Positions 1-10,734 are shown, numbered from the stretch's first letter. The stretch: DNA of 28,652 nucleotides from Octopus sinensis (GCF_006345805.1 NW_021833496.1:1-28652); one strand, 5' to 3'. Notes: generated by a model not told the origin, from the letters alone. Numbers and translations are program-made.

Positions 1-990
1 CCACAAATGGTTTGAGAGAAGGAAGGTGAGAAAAAATGAGGGTGCTAGGATGAGAGAGGGTCACACAAAATGATTGAGAGAGAGAGAGAGAGAGTGAGGA
101 GAGATGTAAAAATTGACCTGTGCATGAACTTGATGTTATGTACGTATGACAGGCGTATGATGTGTGTATGTGGTGTAGGTGTAATGTATGTGATAGTATG
201 TGGTGAATACGTCATGTTAAACAATGCGAAGTATGTATGATGTGTAAAGTGTGTGTGTGAGGTTGTGTTCAAACTAGCGGTGCTGAACAGAAACTCTGAC
301 AACGGAAAGACCTGAAGCGCAAAATGAAAGCCGTGAGTAATGGATAATCCAATGGTCGTAAGCAATATTGTCAGAGAGAGGCAGAGAGAGAGAGAGAGAG
401 AGAGGGGGGAGGGAGAGAACATGCGTATGTGTCAGAGAGAGACAGAGAGAGAGAAACACAGAGAGAGTTAGAGGAGGAGGGAGAGCAAAGGTACAAAATT
501 GAATTATCAGACATATTGTCTCTACGAACTGTGACATACATCTCACACGGAAACACAGACATGCGCACTAACACATGCATACACACACACATGCACACGA
601 GCACACACACACACACGCATATACACACATGTACGCAATAATAGTTCTATATATATATATGTATATATATATATATACATATACACACATACAAACATAT
701 ATATGTATGTATTTATGTATATGCAAATAAAAGAATGTGCATACACACATGTACATATATTATATATATATATAATTTATATATATATAGAGAGAGAGAG
801 AGAGAGAAGAGAGAGAGAGGTGGGGAGAGAGATCTTAATATTTAATATTTAGCTTAGGCATTCCGATATTAATAATCTGGTGTTAGAACTCCTTATACAT
901 TCGCTTCGGAACAAAGCGTCAGTCGGGTTCAAGGCAGAAATAAGAAATTTGGAATGACAAAGGAACAAACAATTATGTTATGTACTTGAT

Positions 991-1073
991 TAGCTTACAG
1001 CTGTTTCCGCTGTAAGAAGCAATGCACTCATAGTTGAGTGCTTGTGTATCACCCTATAGCTTCATCAGAGCAA
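991..1073 (-). ncRNA. Type I hammerhead ribozyme motif with extended stem II (Penelope-like)
   Basis: The minus strand reads UUGCU-CUGAUGA-A-GCUAUAGG...GCACUCA acua UGAGUGC...CUUACAGC-G-GAAA-CAGCUG-UA/AGCUA. It has the full CUGAnGA and GAAA core, a palindromic stem III (ACAGCUGU), a GUA cleavage triplet and a short stem I (GCU/AGC). Confidence 0.7.
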
Positions 1074-1158
1074 ATGGATACATGCATACATACAGACACA
1101 CACAGATATAGACACACACACACACGCACACACGGGACATATGTATATATGTAGATAC

Positions 1159-1341
1159 GGCTGTGTGGTTAAGAAGCTAACTTTATAATCCCATAGTTTC
1201 GAGTTCAGTTCCACTTCGCGGCACCTTGGGCAAATGTTTTGTACAATAGCCCACGTCCGATTAATGCTTTATGAGTGAATTTCGAAAACGGAAATTGTGT
1301 GGAAGCCCACCATATGTGTGCTTGTGGATGGAGTGGGGGTA

Positions 1342-1387
<46 letters not shown>

Positions 1388-1478
1388 GCTTACCTATCTC
1401 GAACAACCACCCGACAGCCGGTTTGATTATTTTTTATATACCCGTGACTTAATGGTTCGGCATGCACACCGTGGAAAC
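1159..1478 (+). mobile_element. Diverged tRNA-derived SINE, family A
   Basis: Head ggctgtgtggttaag...gagttcagttcc, core ggcaccttgggcaa, internal (TG)n and cccgtgacttaatggttcggc all align to the intact copy at 2846-3255. Confidence 0.8.
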
Positions 1479-1585
1479 CAACGAATTAATTTACTTATAG
1501 ACATATGCGTGCGCGCGTTTGTAACTAATATACATGAATACATACGTCTGTACTTGCGTACATATACTATATATATACTATATAT

Positions 1586-1622
<37 letters not shown>

Positions 1623-1635
1623 TATATATTTTTTG

Positions 1636-1944
1636 GTATTTCGGAATGGTTATTTTGCCAGTTTAGCCAAAAAAGCACACGCACTATATATTTGGTGTTA
1701 CTTTGCTTCAGTGTTATTATTTTTTACATTAAACTTAATCTTATTTCGGCCAGTGTTCTTTCGTCACACTCCTGTGACCGCATCAGTGGTCCTTTGCTTT
1801 CTTCAGGAGTGTGACGAAAGAACTCTGGCCGAAATAAGATTAAGTTTAATGTAAAAAATAAATAACACTGCAGCAAAGTAACACCAAATATATAATGCGT
1901 GTGTTTTTATTGGCTAAACTGGCAAAATTACCATTCCGAAATAC
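1636..1944. repeat. Long inverted repeat (arms 1636-1774 and 1804-1944, 29-bp spacer), probably Penelope-like pseudo-LTR
   Basis: gtatttcggaatggt...cgtcacactcctg is the reverse complement of caggagtgtgacg...accattccgaaatac, with few mismatches. A hammerhead-like core lies at the inner end of the left arm. Confidence 0.85.
1748..1791 (-). ncRNA. Degenerate or variant hammerhead-like motif
   Basis: Minus strand GACCA-CUGAUGC-G-GUCAC aggagu GUGAC-GAAA-GAAC-AC-UGGCC. Stem II is perfect but the core has A9->C. The right arm keeps the canonical GAAA-GAAC-UC/UGGCC end. Confidence 0.4.
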
Positions 1945-2086
1945 AACAATATCTGTTTCAACACACGATTTCACATAAAAAATCTTGCACAACAAATTTA
2001 TATATATATATATATATGTATAAATGTATATCCATAAACACACACATACATTACTTACACACACATATATACATTTATTGACATTA

Positions 2087-2410
2087 GATATTCGATAGAA
2101 CTTTGACGGCGAGCTATTAAACATCGCCAAATTTCCCCCCTCTTCGACTCACCAACAGGCAAAGCATCTCAAGGCTTCAAGAAACGCAGGTGGCAATTCT
2201 AAATCTGTCACAACAAATCAGGAACTTCAGAAATCATCCGCCAGCCTCAGAATATATGATCGCTCTGACTTTAAGCTCAATATCAAGCGGATTAACATCT
2301 ACACTTAACTTGTTCCGAACACTAATCTCCTTCGTTTTATTATCGCCGTTTCTGATTCTCCTCTCAAGCAAGTTGACCATTTTCTTTATCTTGGATGTCT
2401 TTATTTCCAA
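2087..2410 (+). mobile_element. Degenerate RTE-clade LINE reverse-transcriptase fragment
   Basis: One frame, with stops, reads DIR*NFDGELLNIAKF...QELQ...YDRSDFKLNIKRINIYT*...PLKQVDHFLYLG. This resembles the RTE pattern YRxDGxLFN...ELQ...GLxINxxKT...VxxFxYLGS. Confidence 0.65.
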
Positions 2411-2489
2411 TAATATCTTTCTTTCTTCCTTGAGGCGTCACGTCTAGAATGTAGGACTTCGGCGATCATGTCCAGACACAATTCTCCGT

Positions 2490-2845
2490 TCTTTGTTTTC
2501 CATAACAGTTCCACTTACTGATGTTTAATGCCTCTCTCTTCCAACCAGTCCTAGAAGCTTGAAATCCATCCTTCTTCTTCTTCCTCTACGTCTTTTCCTT
2601 TCACTCTTTCCAGTCATCGCTAAATTCTCCAGGTCCTCTTTCCTCATCACATGACCAAGAAATCTCAGCTGTTTGACCCTTATCTCACGAAGCAGTTTCC
2701 AATTTACTACAGTCCAGGTCACGCCTTGTTCATTAGACACGGTGTCCGTGCTATCCTCAATATTCTTCTTAAGAACCACATTTCCAGGCTCTCCAAGGAG
2801 ATTCTCATTTCTGATGTTATAGACCACACCTCACTTCCATACCTT
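2490..2845 (-). mobile_element. RTE LINE ORF2 C-terminal fragment (3' part)
   Basis: Frameshifted translations YGSEVWSIT...LESLEMWFLRRILRI and IRVKQLRFLGHVMRKEDLENLAMTGK...KRRRGRRR are typical RTE C-terminal motifs. Confidence 0.85.
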
Positions 2846-3255
2846 AGGAGTGGCTGTGTGGTAAGTAGCTTGCTTACCAACCACATGGTTCTGGGTTCAG
2901 TCCCACTGCGTGGCACCTTGGGCAAGTGTCTTCTACTATAGCCTCGGGTCGACCAAAGCCTTGTGAGTGGATTTGGTAGACGGAAACTGAAAGAAGCCCG
3001 TCGTATATATGTATATATATATATATGCGTGTGTGTGTTTGTGTGTCTGTGTTTGTCCCCCTAGCATTGCTTGACAACCGATGCTGGTGTGTTTACGTCC
3101 CTGTCACTTAGCGGTTCGGCAAAAGAGACTGGTAGAATAAGTACTGGGCTTACAAAAGAATAAGTCCTGGGGTCGAGTTGCTCGATTAAAGGCGGTGCTC
3201 CAGCATGGCCGCAGTCAAATGACTGAAACAAGTAAAAGAGTAAAGAGAGAGAGAG
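2846..3255 (+). mobile_element. tRNA-derived SINE family A, near full length, inserted into the RTE LINE
   Basis: A box tggctgtgtgg, B box gggttcagtccc, CORE-like ggcaccttgggcaagt, internal (TA)n(TG)n, and tail ggcggtgctccagcatggccgcagtcaaatgactgaaacaagtaaaagag. Many copies occur in the window. Confidence 0.92.
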
Positions 3256-3320
3256 TTGTTCAATATTAGGGTCTTGGTCTTGATCCTCAGAGTACGGCTT
3301 CGCAAGTTGTTATACAATTT
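3256..3320 (-). mobile_element. Upstream continuation of the RTE LINE interrupted by the SINE
   Basis: Minus strand KLYNNLRSRTLRIKTKTLILN matches the RTE segment (KL..L.SR.LS..TK..I) that precedes LLYGSExW. Confidence 0.6.
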
Positions 3321-3497
3321 TCAGAATGGAGAATGCAGAAATGTCCTACTGAAATAGATGTGGTATGTAGAATTGGATATGCCCATTGAGCCAACAGACA
3401 AAACAATTGCTGTTCTATATTTAAGAGATGAGGAATTATGTACATTATTTACATTATTTACATTTGACGGATATTTGTCCTTATCTTGTTTGTTGCT

Positions 3498-3543
3498 AAC
3501 ACAACGTTTCGGCTGATATACCATCCAGCCTTCATCAGGTGTC
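3498..3543 (-). ncRNA. Minimal type I hammerhead ribozyme (intact)
   Basis: GACAC-CUGAUGA-A-GGCUG gaugguauau CAGCC-GAAA-CG-UU/GUGUU, with stem I GACAC:GUGUU, stem II GGCUG:CAGCC and palindromic AACGUU stem III. Confidence 0.85.
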
Positions 3544-3601
3544 TTGGGGAAATTTCGAACCTGAGTTCTCCTTAGGAATGAGAACCCAGGTTCGAAATTT
3601 C

Positions 3602-3642
3602 CTGAAGAAGGCTGGAGAGTATATCAGCCGAAACGTTGTGTT
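3602..3642 (+). ncRNA. Hammerhead copy lacking the 5' strand of stem I
   Basis: CUGAAGA-A-GGCUG gagaguauau CAGCC-GAAA-CGUU-GUGUU. The cccaagacac segment found upstream in the other two units is deleted here. Confidence 0.7.
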
Positions 3643-3782
3643 AGCAACAAACAAGATAAGGACAAATATCCGTCGAATGAAAATAATGTAAATAATGAAC
3701 TAAAGAAGAAGAAGAAGAAGAAGAGAAGAAGAAGATCGAAAAATAGCTTAGAAATGAGAACCCATGTTCGAAATTTCCCCAA

Positions 3783-3828
3783 GACACCTGAAGAAGGCTG
3801 GAGAGTATATCAGCCGAAATGTTGTGTT
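3783..3828 (+). ncRNA. Minimal type I hammerhead ribozyme (stem III C->T)
   Basis: GACAC-CUGAAGA-A-GGCUG gagaguauau CAGCC-GAAA-UG-UU/GUGUU. Confidence 0.78.
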
Positions 3829-5399
3829 AACAACAAACAAGATGAGGACAAATATCCGTCGAATGTAAATAATGTAAATAATGTACATTATTCCTCATCT
3901 CTTAAATATAAAACTGAAAAAAAAAATTGTTGTTTTCTTAAAATGGTATTTTTTCAACTAACCTACCAATTAGAGAAACGTAATTTCTTTAAAATGAATT
4001 ATCTAGTTCATGATCCGCTTGTGTGCCTCCTTTATGGTGAAATATCCTAAGGCGAAAATGCTTTCAGCGAAATTTCTTAGAGCCGAGGAAAATGCCATAA
4101 GAATGTATTCTTTACTGGTACAAAAACCATCTCAGGTCAACGCTGAAAAGGGCCGGAATTAAGGAGAAAATGTGGGAAACTGAAACCTAAATTGATTCAA
4201 CTTTCTTCACTCAATTATTACCGGAACCGACTGATTTGACGTCAATAGAAGAAGAAAAGTTGGAGGAAAGCGTTAAGGAGTGCAAGATGCAACAACAACA
4301 ATTACAACAACAAAGACAAAAGCGACAAAAACAACAATAACGACAATAAAAATAGCAACAAGCATACCGTGCACCAACTGTTTCTTGCCATCTTTGTTTC
4401 CACATGTTTCGTGTGAGGTTTGGCCTTTTCAATCACCAGCGTCATCAATATGGAGGAACCATTCAATGAGGAGGAAACTAAAATTCTCGGACACGAAAAA
4501 TAGCCTTCGCCGCCGACGCCTCAACTTCCGCCACCGCTGCCGACATCGCTGATAACAACGGCGACGAAGAAATTTATTCATTGATTCATTTATCTTTCAG
4601 GTCCGGTACTTATTGAATTAACCATTCTATATGTGTGGAATTGAGAAAGACTACCATTTGTCCGGTTGATAATTTTAATGTTCAGATTTTCTATATCTAC
4701 CACGGTATTTAATTTCTATTTTAAGGCTAGAATAAAATGGCCGCCAGTTATTTCCAACCCTCTCATATACGCCATTTTAAGTGTTTGTTCATATAAATTC
4801 TAAAATAGATGCAAAACCTCAAATTTGGGAGAAGTTTTATAAACGATTGCATGCACTTCTTTGCTGATAATGTATTTTATAAATCTGAGTGGGCTGAACG
4901 GTGAAGTTTCTAGAAAATTCAACTTTGAAAGTTAAGGCTCGCAACGGAATACGAATAAATGTTTTGCTCAATTCTTTAAGTGATTCTGTCATCATTTTAA
5001 TCATTTCTTAAATAGTCACAAGGCCAATAAGATGAATGGTAATTTAGTCGATGAAGTACGTGACGAAACCAATTGCTGCACATTTTGAACAAGAGTTCTT
5101 GAAGGGGATCCGGGAATGAGGTTTCTATTTCGGTATTTGGTATAAAACATAAAACTTGACCGATACGGAAGAATCAACGATGGCAAAAGTGATCAAGTAC
5201 TTCTGGTTTATGTAAATATATCATACATTTATCGAGTATGCCTTGCAACCATAAAACAGTTTGTTGCAAATGACCTTTAGGTCTACATGAATTTTATAAA
5301 GTTTTGTGTCTACGTGAATCTCAGGCCTTCGAAGACGGCACAGTGCATCACGTACCTGGCTGATGCGGACAGCTATCTCATCTTAACCCTGAATCGTGA

Positions 5400-6450
5400 G
5401 AGTGATGGTAGCGCCAAGCTATTTGAATTGATCGACCGCAACGAAGATCTGTCTTAATAGACGTGACTATCTTAACAGGTTTGACCTTGTCGTGACAAAA
5501 AAACATACACCAGTGATAGGATCTGTGTAGGGAACATGCAACAATGCCGAATTGGTCCTTCCACACGTAAGTAAACTAACCACACTGAAACCCCGAGTTC
5601 GATCGGGTTAATACTGTAATTCCGTTCATTATCCCCCCCCCCAAGGCAGTTCGGACTTCGAATGACATCCTGGAGCACGGCGACCCTTTCAGAGGGTAAA
5701 ATGCCTGCAGGTAATTTTTGTTAACGCGTATTTCCACTGAAGTGTTAAAAAGCTGACTGGACATCCACCAGTTACCACGGTGTCGAAGCTAGTAATAGCG
5801 AAATCGTGGTCCACGGTGGAACCTGGGAAATTCTCTGCGATCCAGCTGATGACAGAGTCGAAGACCATTGGAGAGAGAACACAACTCTACTGTATACTTG
5901 GACAAATTTCGAAGAAATGAGAATCCACGCGGTTCTATTATTCATTTTACTCGTATAGAGCTGTTATATCCTCCAGTTAGATCCAACAGTTTTATTTGTA
6001 ATTCCTCTGCAATGATGATATCCCAGAGGGCGCTGCAATCATCAGGATCAAAGAGTGCAGCGAAGGTCAGAAAGCAAATGAAAATTCGTTGTCGATAGAT
6101 CCAAAGTTGTTTGAGAACAGTTCATCAAATGAAAATTTGATCTCTGTTCCTCGGCCCAATCGAATTTACACTGAATTAATCAGAAGCAGTGGTCACGCTC
6201 TTGCTAAAGTCTCTATATTGACTGTCTCGCATGCAATATTTAATCATTGCAAGAACGCTTACCATTCCTCTTGATTAAAAGAACAACATCCCCAAATCGT
6301 AGTGGAAGACATTCCTTCTTGCAGATACAAGATGATGCAGCTAGGGAGCCGAGAACTAGGAAGTCTTTTGAAGATCTCGAAAGATAAGATCATCTCTCGG
6401 CGACTTGTTCTTTGATTTGTGGATAGCTTCACGAAACCCCACGATGGTTG
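5400..6450 (-). mobile_element. Highly decayed LINE (CR1/L2-like) APE endonuclease region
   Basis: Across frameshifts, motifs appear in the expected order: CKKECLPLRFGDVVLLIK (RxDR..GGGV), IYRQR (YRPP), DIIIAEEL (IIxGDFN) and ENFPGSTVDH (SDH). All are degenerate. Confidence 0.45.
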
Positions 6451-6610
6451 GTGCATCTATGAATGGAGACATCGGAACCAATGAGCGGGTGGTTGGCAAA
6501 AAGACCGTGGTTGAATAGATTCGCTAACCTAATCCTTAATCATCATCATAACCTTCATCGTCGTTATCGTCGAATCAACAGGAGGCACCATTTGGCAGTT
6601 GTTATGCATA

Positions 6611-6832
6611 CTCTCTTTTACTCTTTTACCTGTTTCAGTCATTTGACTGTGGCCATCCTGGAGCACCGCCTTTAGTCGAGCAAATCGACCCGAGGGCTAA
6701 TTCTTTGTAAGCCTGGTCTCTATCGGTCTCTTTTTCCGAACCGCTAAGTTACGGGGACGTAAACACACCAGCATCGGTTGTCAAGCGATGTTGGGGGACA
6801 AGCACAGACACACAAACACATACACACACACA

Positions 6833-6915
<83 letters not shown>

Positions 6916-7081
6916 TACGGTGGGCTTCTTTCAGTTTCCGTCTACCAAATCCACTCACAAGGCTTTGTTCGGCCCGGGGCTATAGTAGAAGACACTTGCC
7001 CAAGGTGCCACGCAGTGGGACTGAACCCGGAACCATGTGGTTGGTAAGCAAGCTACTTACCACACAGCCACTCCTACACCT
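6611..7081 (-). mobile_element. SINE family A, full length
   Basis: Reverse complement of the 2846-3255 element, with an expanded internal (CA)n(TA)n. Confidence 0.92.
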
Positions 7082-7374
7082 ACACCTGCTAGATATAACA
7101 ACCAAATATTCCGCATTTATTGAATGTTCCAAAAATACGACTAACTCATTGAATAATTTAGTCCTAAAGAGATTTTGACAGAATAAACTGTAAGGTGGTC
7201 ACGCTCGAAAGGGTTCCACTTACTGGTTCCTTAGATCAACATATCAACAAAAACCACAACAAAACACATAAACACACGCAGAGTTAAATAAACACACACA
7301 AACACGCCGTAACGCACGCACGCACGCACAAACAGACAAAATGATGAAAACACGTTAAGACATACACTTGCGCG

Positions 7375-7717
7375 CACATACATACATGCACACACATACA
7401 CACATACACACATACACACATACACATACACACATACACACATACACACATACACACATACACACATACACACATACACACATGCACACACATACACACA
7501 TACACACATACACACATGCACACACATACACACATACACACATACATACATACACACATACATACATACACACATACACACATACACACATACACACATA
7601 CACACATGCACACACATACACACATACACACATACACACATACACACATACACACATGCACACACATACACACATACACACATACACACATACACACATA
7701 CACACATACACACACAC
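7375..7717. repeat. (CACACATA)n 8-bp tandem array with interspersed CACATG variants
   Basis: Directly visible periodicity. Confidence 0.95.
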
Positions 7718-7940
7718 AGTTCTGTCTTCAATAATTTATAGTTGTCATTCCAAGTTGACACTAATTGATTTTTTGGTAAATTTCTTGTAATGTTTGTTGG
7801 TCTTTTAGAAAGAAGTGGGGTGGAAGAAAGAGGACGGGTGGAGCGGGAAAGAAAAAGATTAAAATCTATGAGCAAAAAGACATCATATATATTTATATAT
7901 ACATTCCATATTTGTATATATATGTATATATATATATATA

Positions 7941-8132
7941 TTACACACATATACGTACATATATATATGTGTGTGTGTGTGTGTGTGTATGCATATATAC
8001 ACATATATATATACATCACACACAGAGACAATTATAAATTATATTCTCAAGTTTCCGTTTATGATGGTATATATATATATATAATATATACATTACATAC
8101 ACATGCATACGTACATATATATATATATATAG

Positions 8133-8165
<33 letters not shown>

Positions 8166-8358
8166 GTGTATATATATAAAGATATATGTATATATATTAT
8201 ATATATATATAGAATGATATATGTATTTATATGTATATATATTACACACATATACGTACATATATATGTGTGTGTGTGTACGTATCTATACACATATATA
8301 TACATCACACACAGAGACAATTATAAATTATATTCTCAAGTTTCCGTTTATGATGGTA
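7941..8358 (+). repeat. Local direct duplication (7941-8068 and 8242-8358)
   Basis: ttacacacatatacgtac...catcacacacagagacaattataaattatattctcaagtttccgtttatgatggta occurs twice, about 290 bp apart. Confidence 0.9.
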
Positions 8359-8810
8359 ATAGTTTAATTATTGTTATTGTTGATGTTGTTGTTATTGTTC
8401 CTCTCTCCTCCTCCTTCTCCCCCTCCTCCTCTTTCTCCTCTTCTACCCATCTTTCTATCTATCTATCTATCTATCTGTTTGCAGCCCTGTGTGGCTAATA
8501 AAGAAACATATCTATCTGTTTGCCTGAGTGTCTGGTTGTCAGACTGTCTTCGTCCCATCGTCAGGATGACTGCTTCGCTGGTCGTATTCTCTGAATGTAA
8601 GCTAAACTTCATTGATATATGAATACTCACACACGCACACATACGTACATATACAACCACAAATACACACATGCGCGCAAACACACGCGCAGACACACGT
8701 ATGCACGCATATGCATATACACTTACACACACATACATTTTATGTGTGTATGTATGTGTGTGTATGTGCGTGTGAATATACGTACATAACGTATATATAT
8801 TTTTTATCTC

Positions 8811-8952
8811 TTACTTATTTCACTCATTAGACTCCAGTACTTCTTCAAGTTGTGGTATCTATTCCCTTTTGCCGAACTGCTAAGTTACGGGGACACTAAC
8901 ACACCAATACTGGTTATCAAGTGGTGGAGGTGGGGAACAAATACAGATACAC

Positions 8953-8955
<3 letters not shown>
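8811..8955 (-). mobile_element. SINE family A 3'-half fragment, diverged
   Basis: ttttgccgaactgctaagttacggggacactaacacacca matches the family A body. Confidence 0.75.
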
Positions 8956-8994
<39 letters not shown>

Positions 8995-9144
8995 TATATT
9001 ATATATATATATTAAGGTATGTAGAAAAATACAACATGGACAAGAACGTATAACTCTTAGAAGACGAACAATAAACATGGACAGGACATTCGAACCCCTC
9101 AGTCTTCAGTCAAGAACCGGATCATCGTAGTAATTTCGGCTGAT

Positions 9145-9175
<31 letters not shown>

Positions 9176-9200
9176 TATATATAATATATATATATATATA

Positions 9201-9353
9201 TTGGATCAACCCATAAATAATGCGGCTTTTTCAATTGCATGAAATAAAAGTAGGGGGGGGATAAATTTACCTGCATCAAGTTGCTATAAAAGCAGGTAGT
9301 AATTTTCCCTTCTTCTCATTCTTAGTTCAAGTTTTGAAGAATGCGGTTCGATT
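9201..9353 (+). mobile_element. Isolated 5' end of a mariner element (TIR plus subterminal sequence)
   Basis: TA|ttggatcaacccataaataatgcgg... matches the reverse complement of ~10478-10633 over ~150 bp. Confidence 0.85.
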
Positions 9354-10633
9354 TTGGGTCATCCCATAAATAATGCGGCTTTTTTTATACTTTTTATATT
9401 TTTCAAAAGTAAGTTAAACAAAGTTCTTTTTAAATCTAAAATATACTCTCCTTCATTTTCTACAATGCTTTTCCATCTATCTGGTAGACTTGCAAGGCCC
9501 TCACTTGTCTGTGACAAAAAGTGCTCATCCAGTACTGACCTCGTCTACAGAATTCATATTTTTTCCGTGCAAATGATTTTGAAGACTATGGAATAAATGA
9601 TAGGGCAATGTCCGGCGAATACGGTGGGTGAGGCATTGTTTCCCTTTCAAACTACTCCAGTCTTTGGAATGTCTTCTTCGCTGTATGTTGCCGAGCATTA
9701 TCCTGATGGAAGAACACCTTTCCTCATGAAACCAAAGATGGCCATTTTTCTTCTAGTGCTGACTTAAGCCGCTCAAGCTGCTCACTGTAGATCTCCTTTG
9801 TTATGATTTAGTTTCGGATTAAAAGTTCAAAGTGGACTATACCTTTCATATCCCACCAAACAGATAACAACACCTAACGTGGGTGAAGACCTTCTTCAGC
9901 CTGAGGTGCCACTGTTTCTCCTTTCCCTGAGCACAGTCGTCGGCGCTTGACATTTTTATAGAGAACCCATTTCTCATCACCAGTCACTGTTCAGTCCAAA
10001 AACGGTCCATTCGTGAGACGTGACAGCAAAGAAGAGAACACATTCACTCTCTGCGTGCGATTAGAGCCGAAAAGTTTGTGAGGAACCCATTGACTTAATT
10101 TACTGGCTTTTCCGATGGCATGCAGATGTCGATGAATGGTTGAACGACCAAATCCGGGCTTCTCTGCTAGTTACTCAACAGTTACGATGGGATCCTCATC
10201 CACCAGGATTTGCAGGACGCCCTCGTCGAGATCTACATATCTTCCAGAATGAGCTCTACAGATCTTCCAGGACGTCTTTTAGGCTGTAGTTTCCGGTTTT
10301 GAATTTCTGGAATCACCGTTGACACTGGCTTGTGTTTATTGTCCGGTCATTATATACTGTATTAATATTCCTCACACTTTCCGAGGCGTTGTTGCTTTTA
10401 TTGATCTCATAAAGCAAAATATGCCAAATATGCTCCTTTGTCACTTCCATTATAGTTTTGAAACAATAACAGTTAAAATTGAACTGCACTCTTCAAAACT
10501 TACACTAAGAATAAGGACAAGGTAAAATTTCTACCTGCTTTTATAGCAACATGATGCAGGTAGTTTATCCCATCCCCCTCCGACTTTTAGTTCATGCAAT
10601 TGAAAAAACCGCATTATTTATGGGATGACCCAA
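9354..10633 (-). mobile_element. Mariner DNA transposon, ~1.28 kb, decayed
   Basis: TIRs ttgggtcatcccataaataatgcgg (9354) and ccgcattatttatgggatgacccaa (ending 10633) enclose transposase remnants. Confidence 0.92.
9430..10330 (-). pseudogene. Mariner DD34D transposase pseudogene
   Basis: Motifs WVPH, VTGDEKWVLY, FHQDNARQH, HPPYSPDIA (the following PSD is deleted) and LPDRWKSIVENEGEY, with several stops and frameshifts. Confidence 0.9.
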
Positions 10634-10634
10634 G

Positions 10635-10638
10635 ATAA

Positions 10639-10696
<58 letters not shown>

Positions 10697-10701
10697 GATA
10701 G

Positions 10702-10732
<31 letters not shown>
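10635..10732. repeat. (GATA)n microsatellite
   Basis: Directly visible. Confidence 0.95.

Positions 10733-10734
<2 letters not shown>

Larger units (their letters stand above)
3412..3914. mobile_element. Penelope-like pseudo-LTR cluster: one inverted unit (3412-3570) and two tandem direct units (3571-3698, 3747-3914)
   Basis: Three copies of a ~130-170-bp unit (gagaaccc.ggttcgaaattt...ctga.gaaggctgg...cagccgaaa.gttgtgtta.caacaaacaagat.aggacaaatatccgtc.aatg), each carrying a hammerhead core. The inverted-plus-tandem layout is characteristic of Penelope-like elements (PLEs). Confidence 0.85.

Noticed and set aside
285-340. Possible small exon ending at GTGAGT (QRKDLKRKMKA)
   Set aside because: There is an in-frame stop just upstream, no good polypyrimidine acceptor and no recognisable protein.
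3412-3914. CRISPR-like array
   Set aside because: Units are long, partly inverted and lack unique spacers; the context is eukaryotic and there are no cas genes.
4190-4560. Gln/Thr-rich ORFs
   Set aside because: Driven by the (CAA)n repeat, short, and without start or splice support.
5847-5866. CTGATGA match
   Set aside because: No stem II or GAAA follows, and it lies inside the LINE endonuclease relic.
9013-9146. Possible further hammerhead (minus strand CUGAAGA...GAAU; also atcagccgaaa)
   Set aside because: No convincing stem I or II and GAAA is broken. It may be a PLE relic but cannot be supported.
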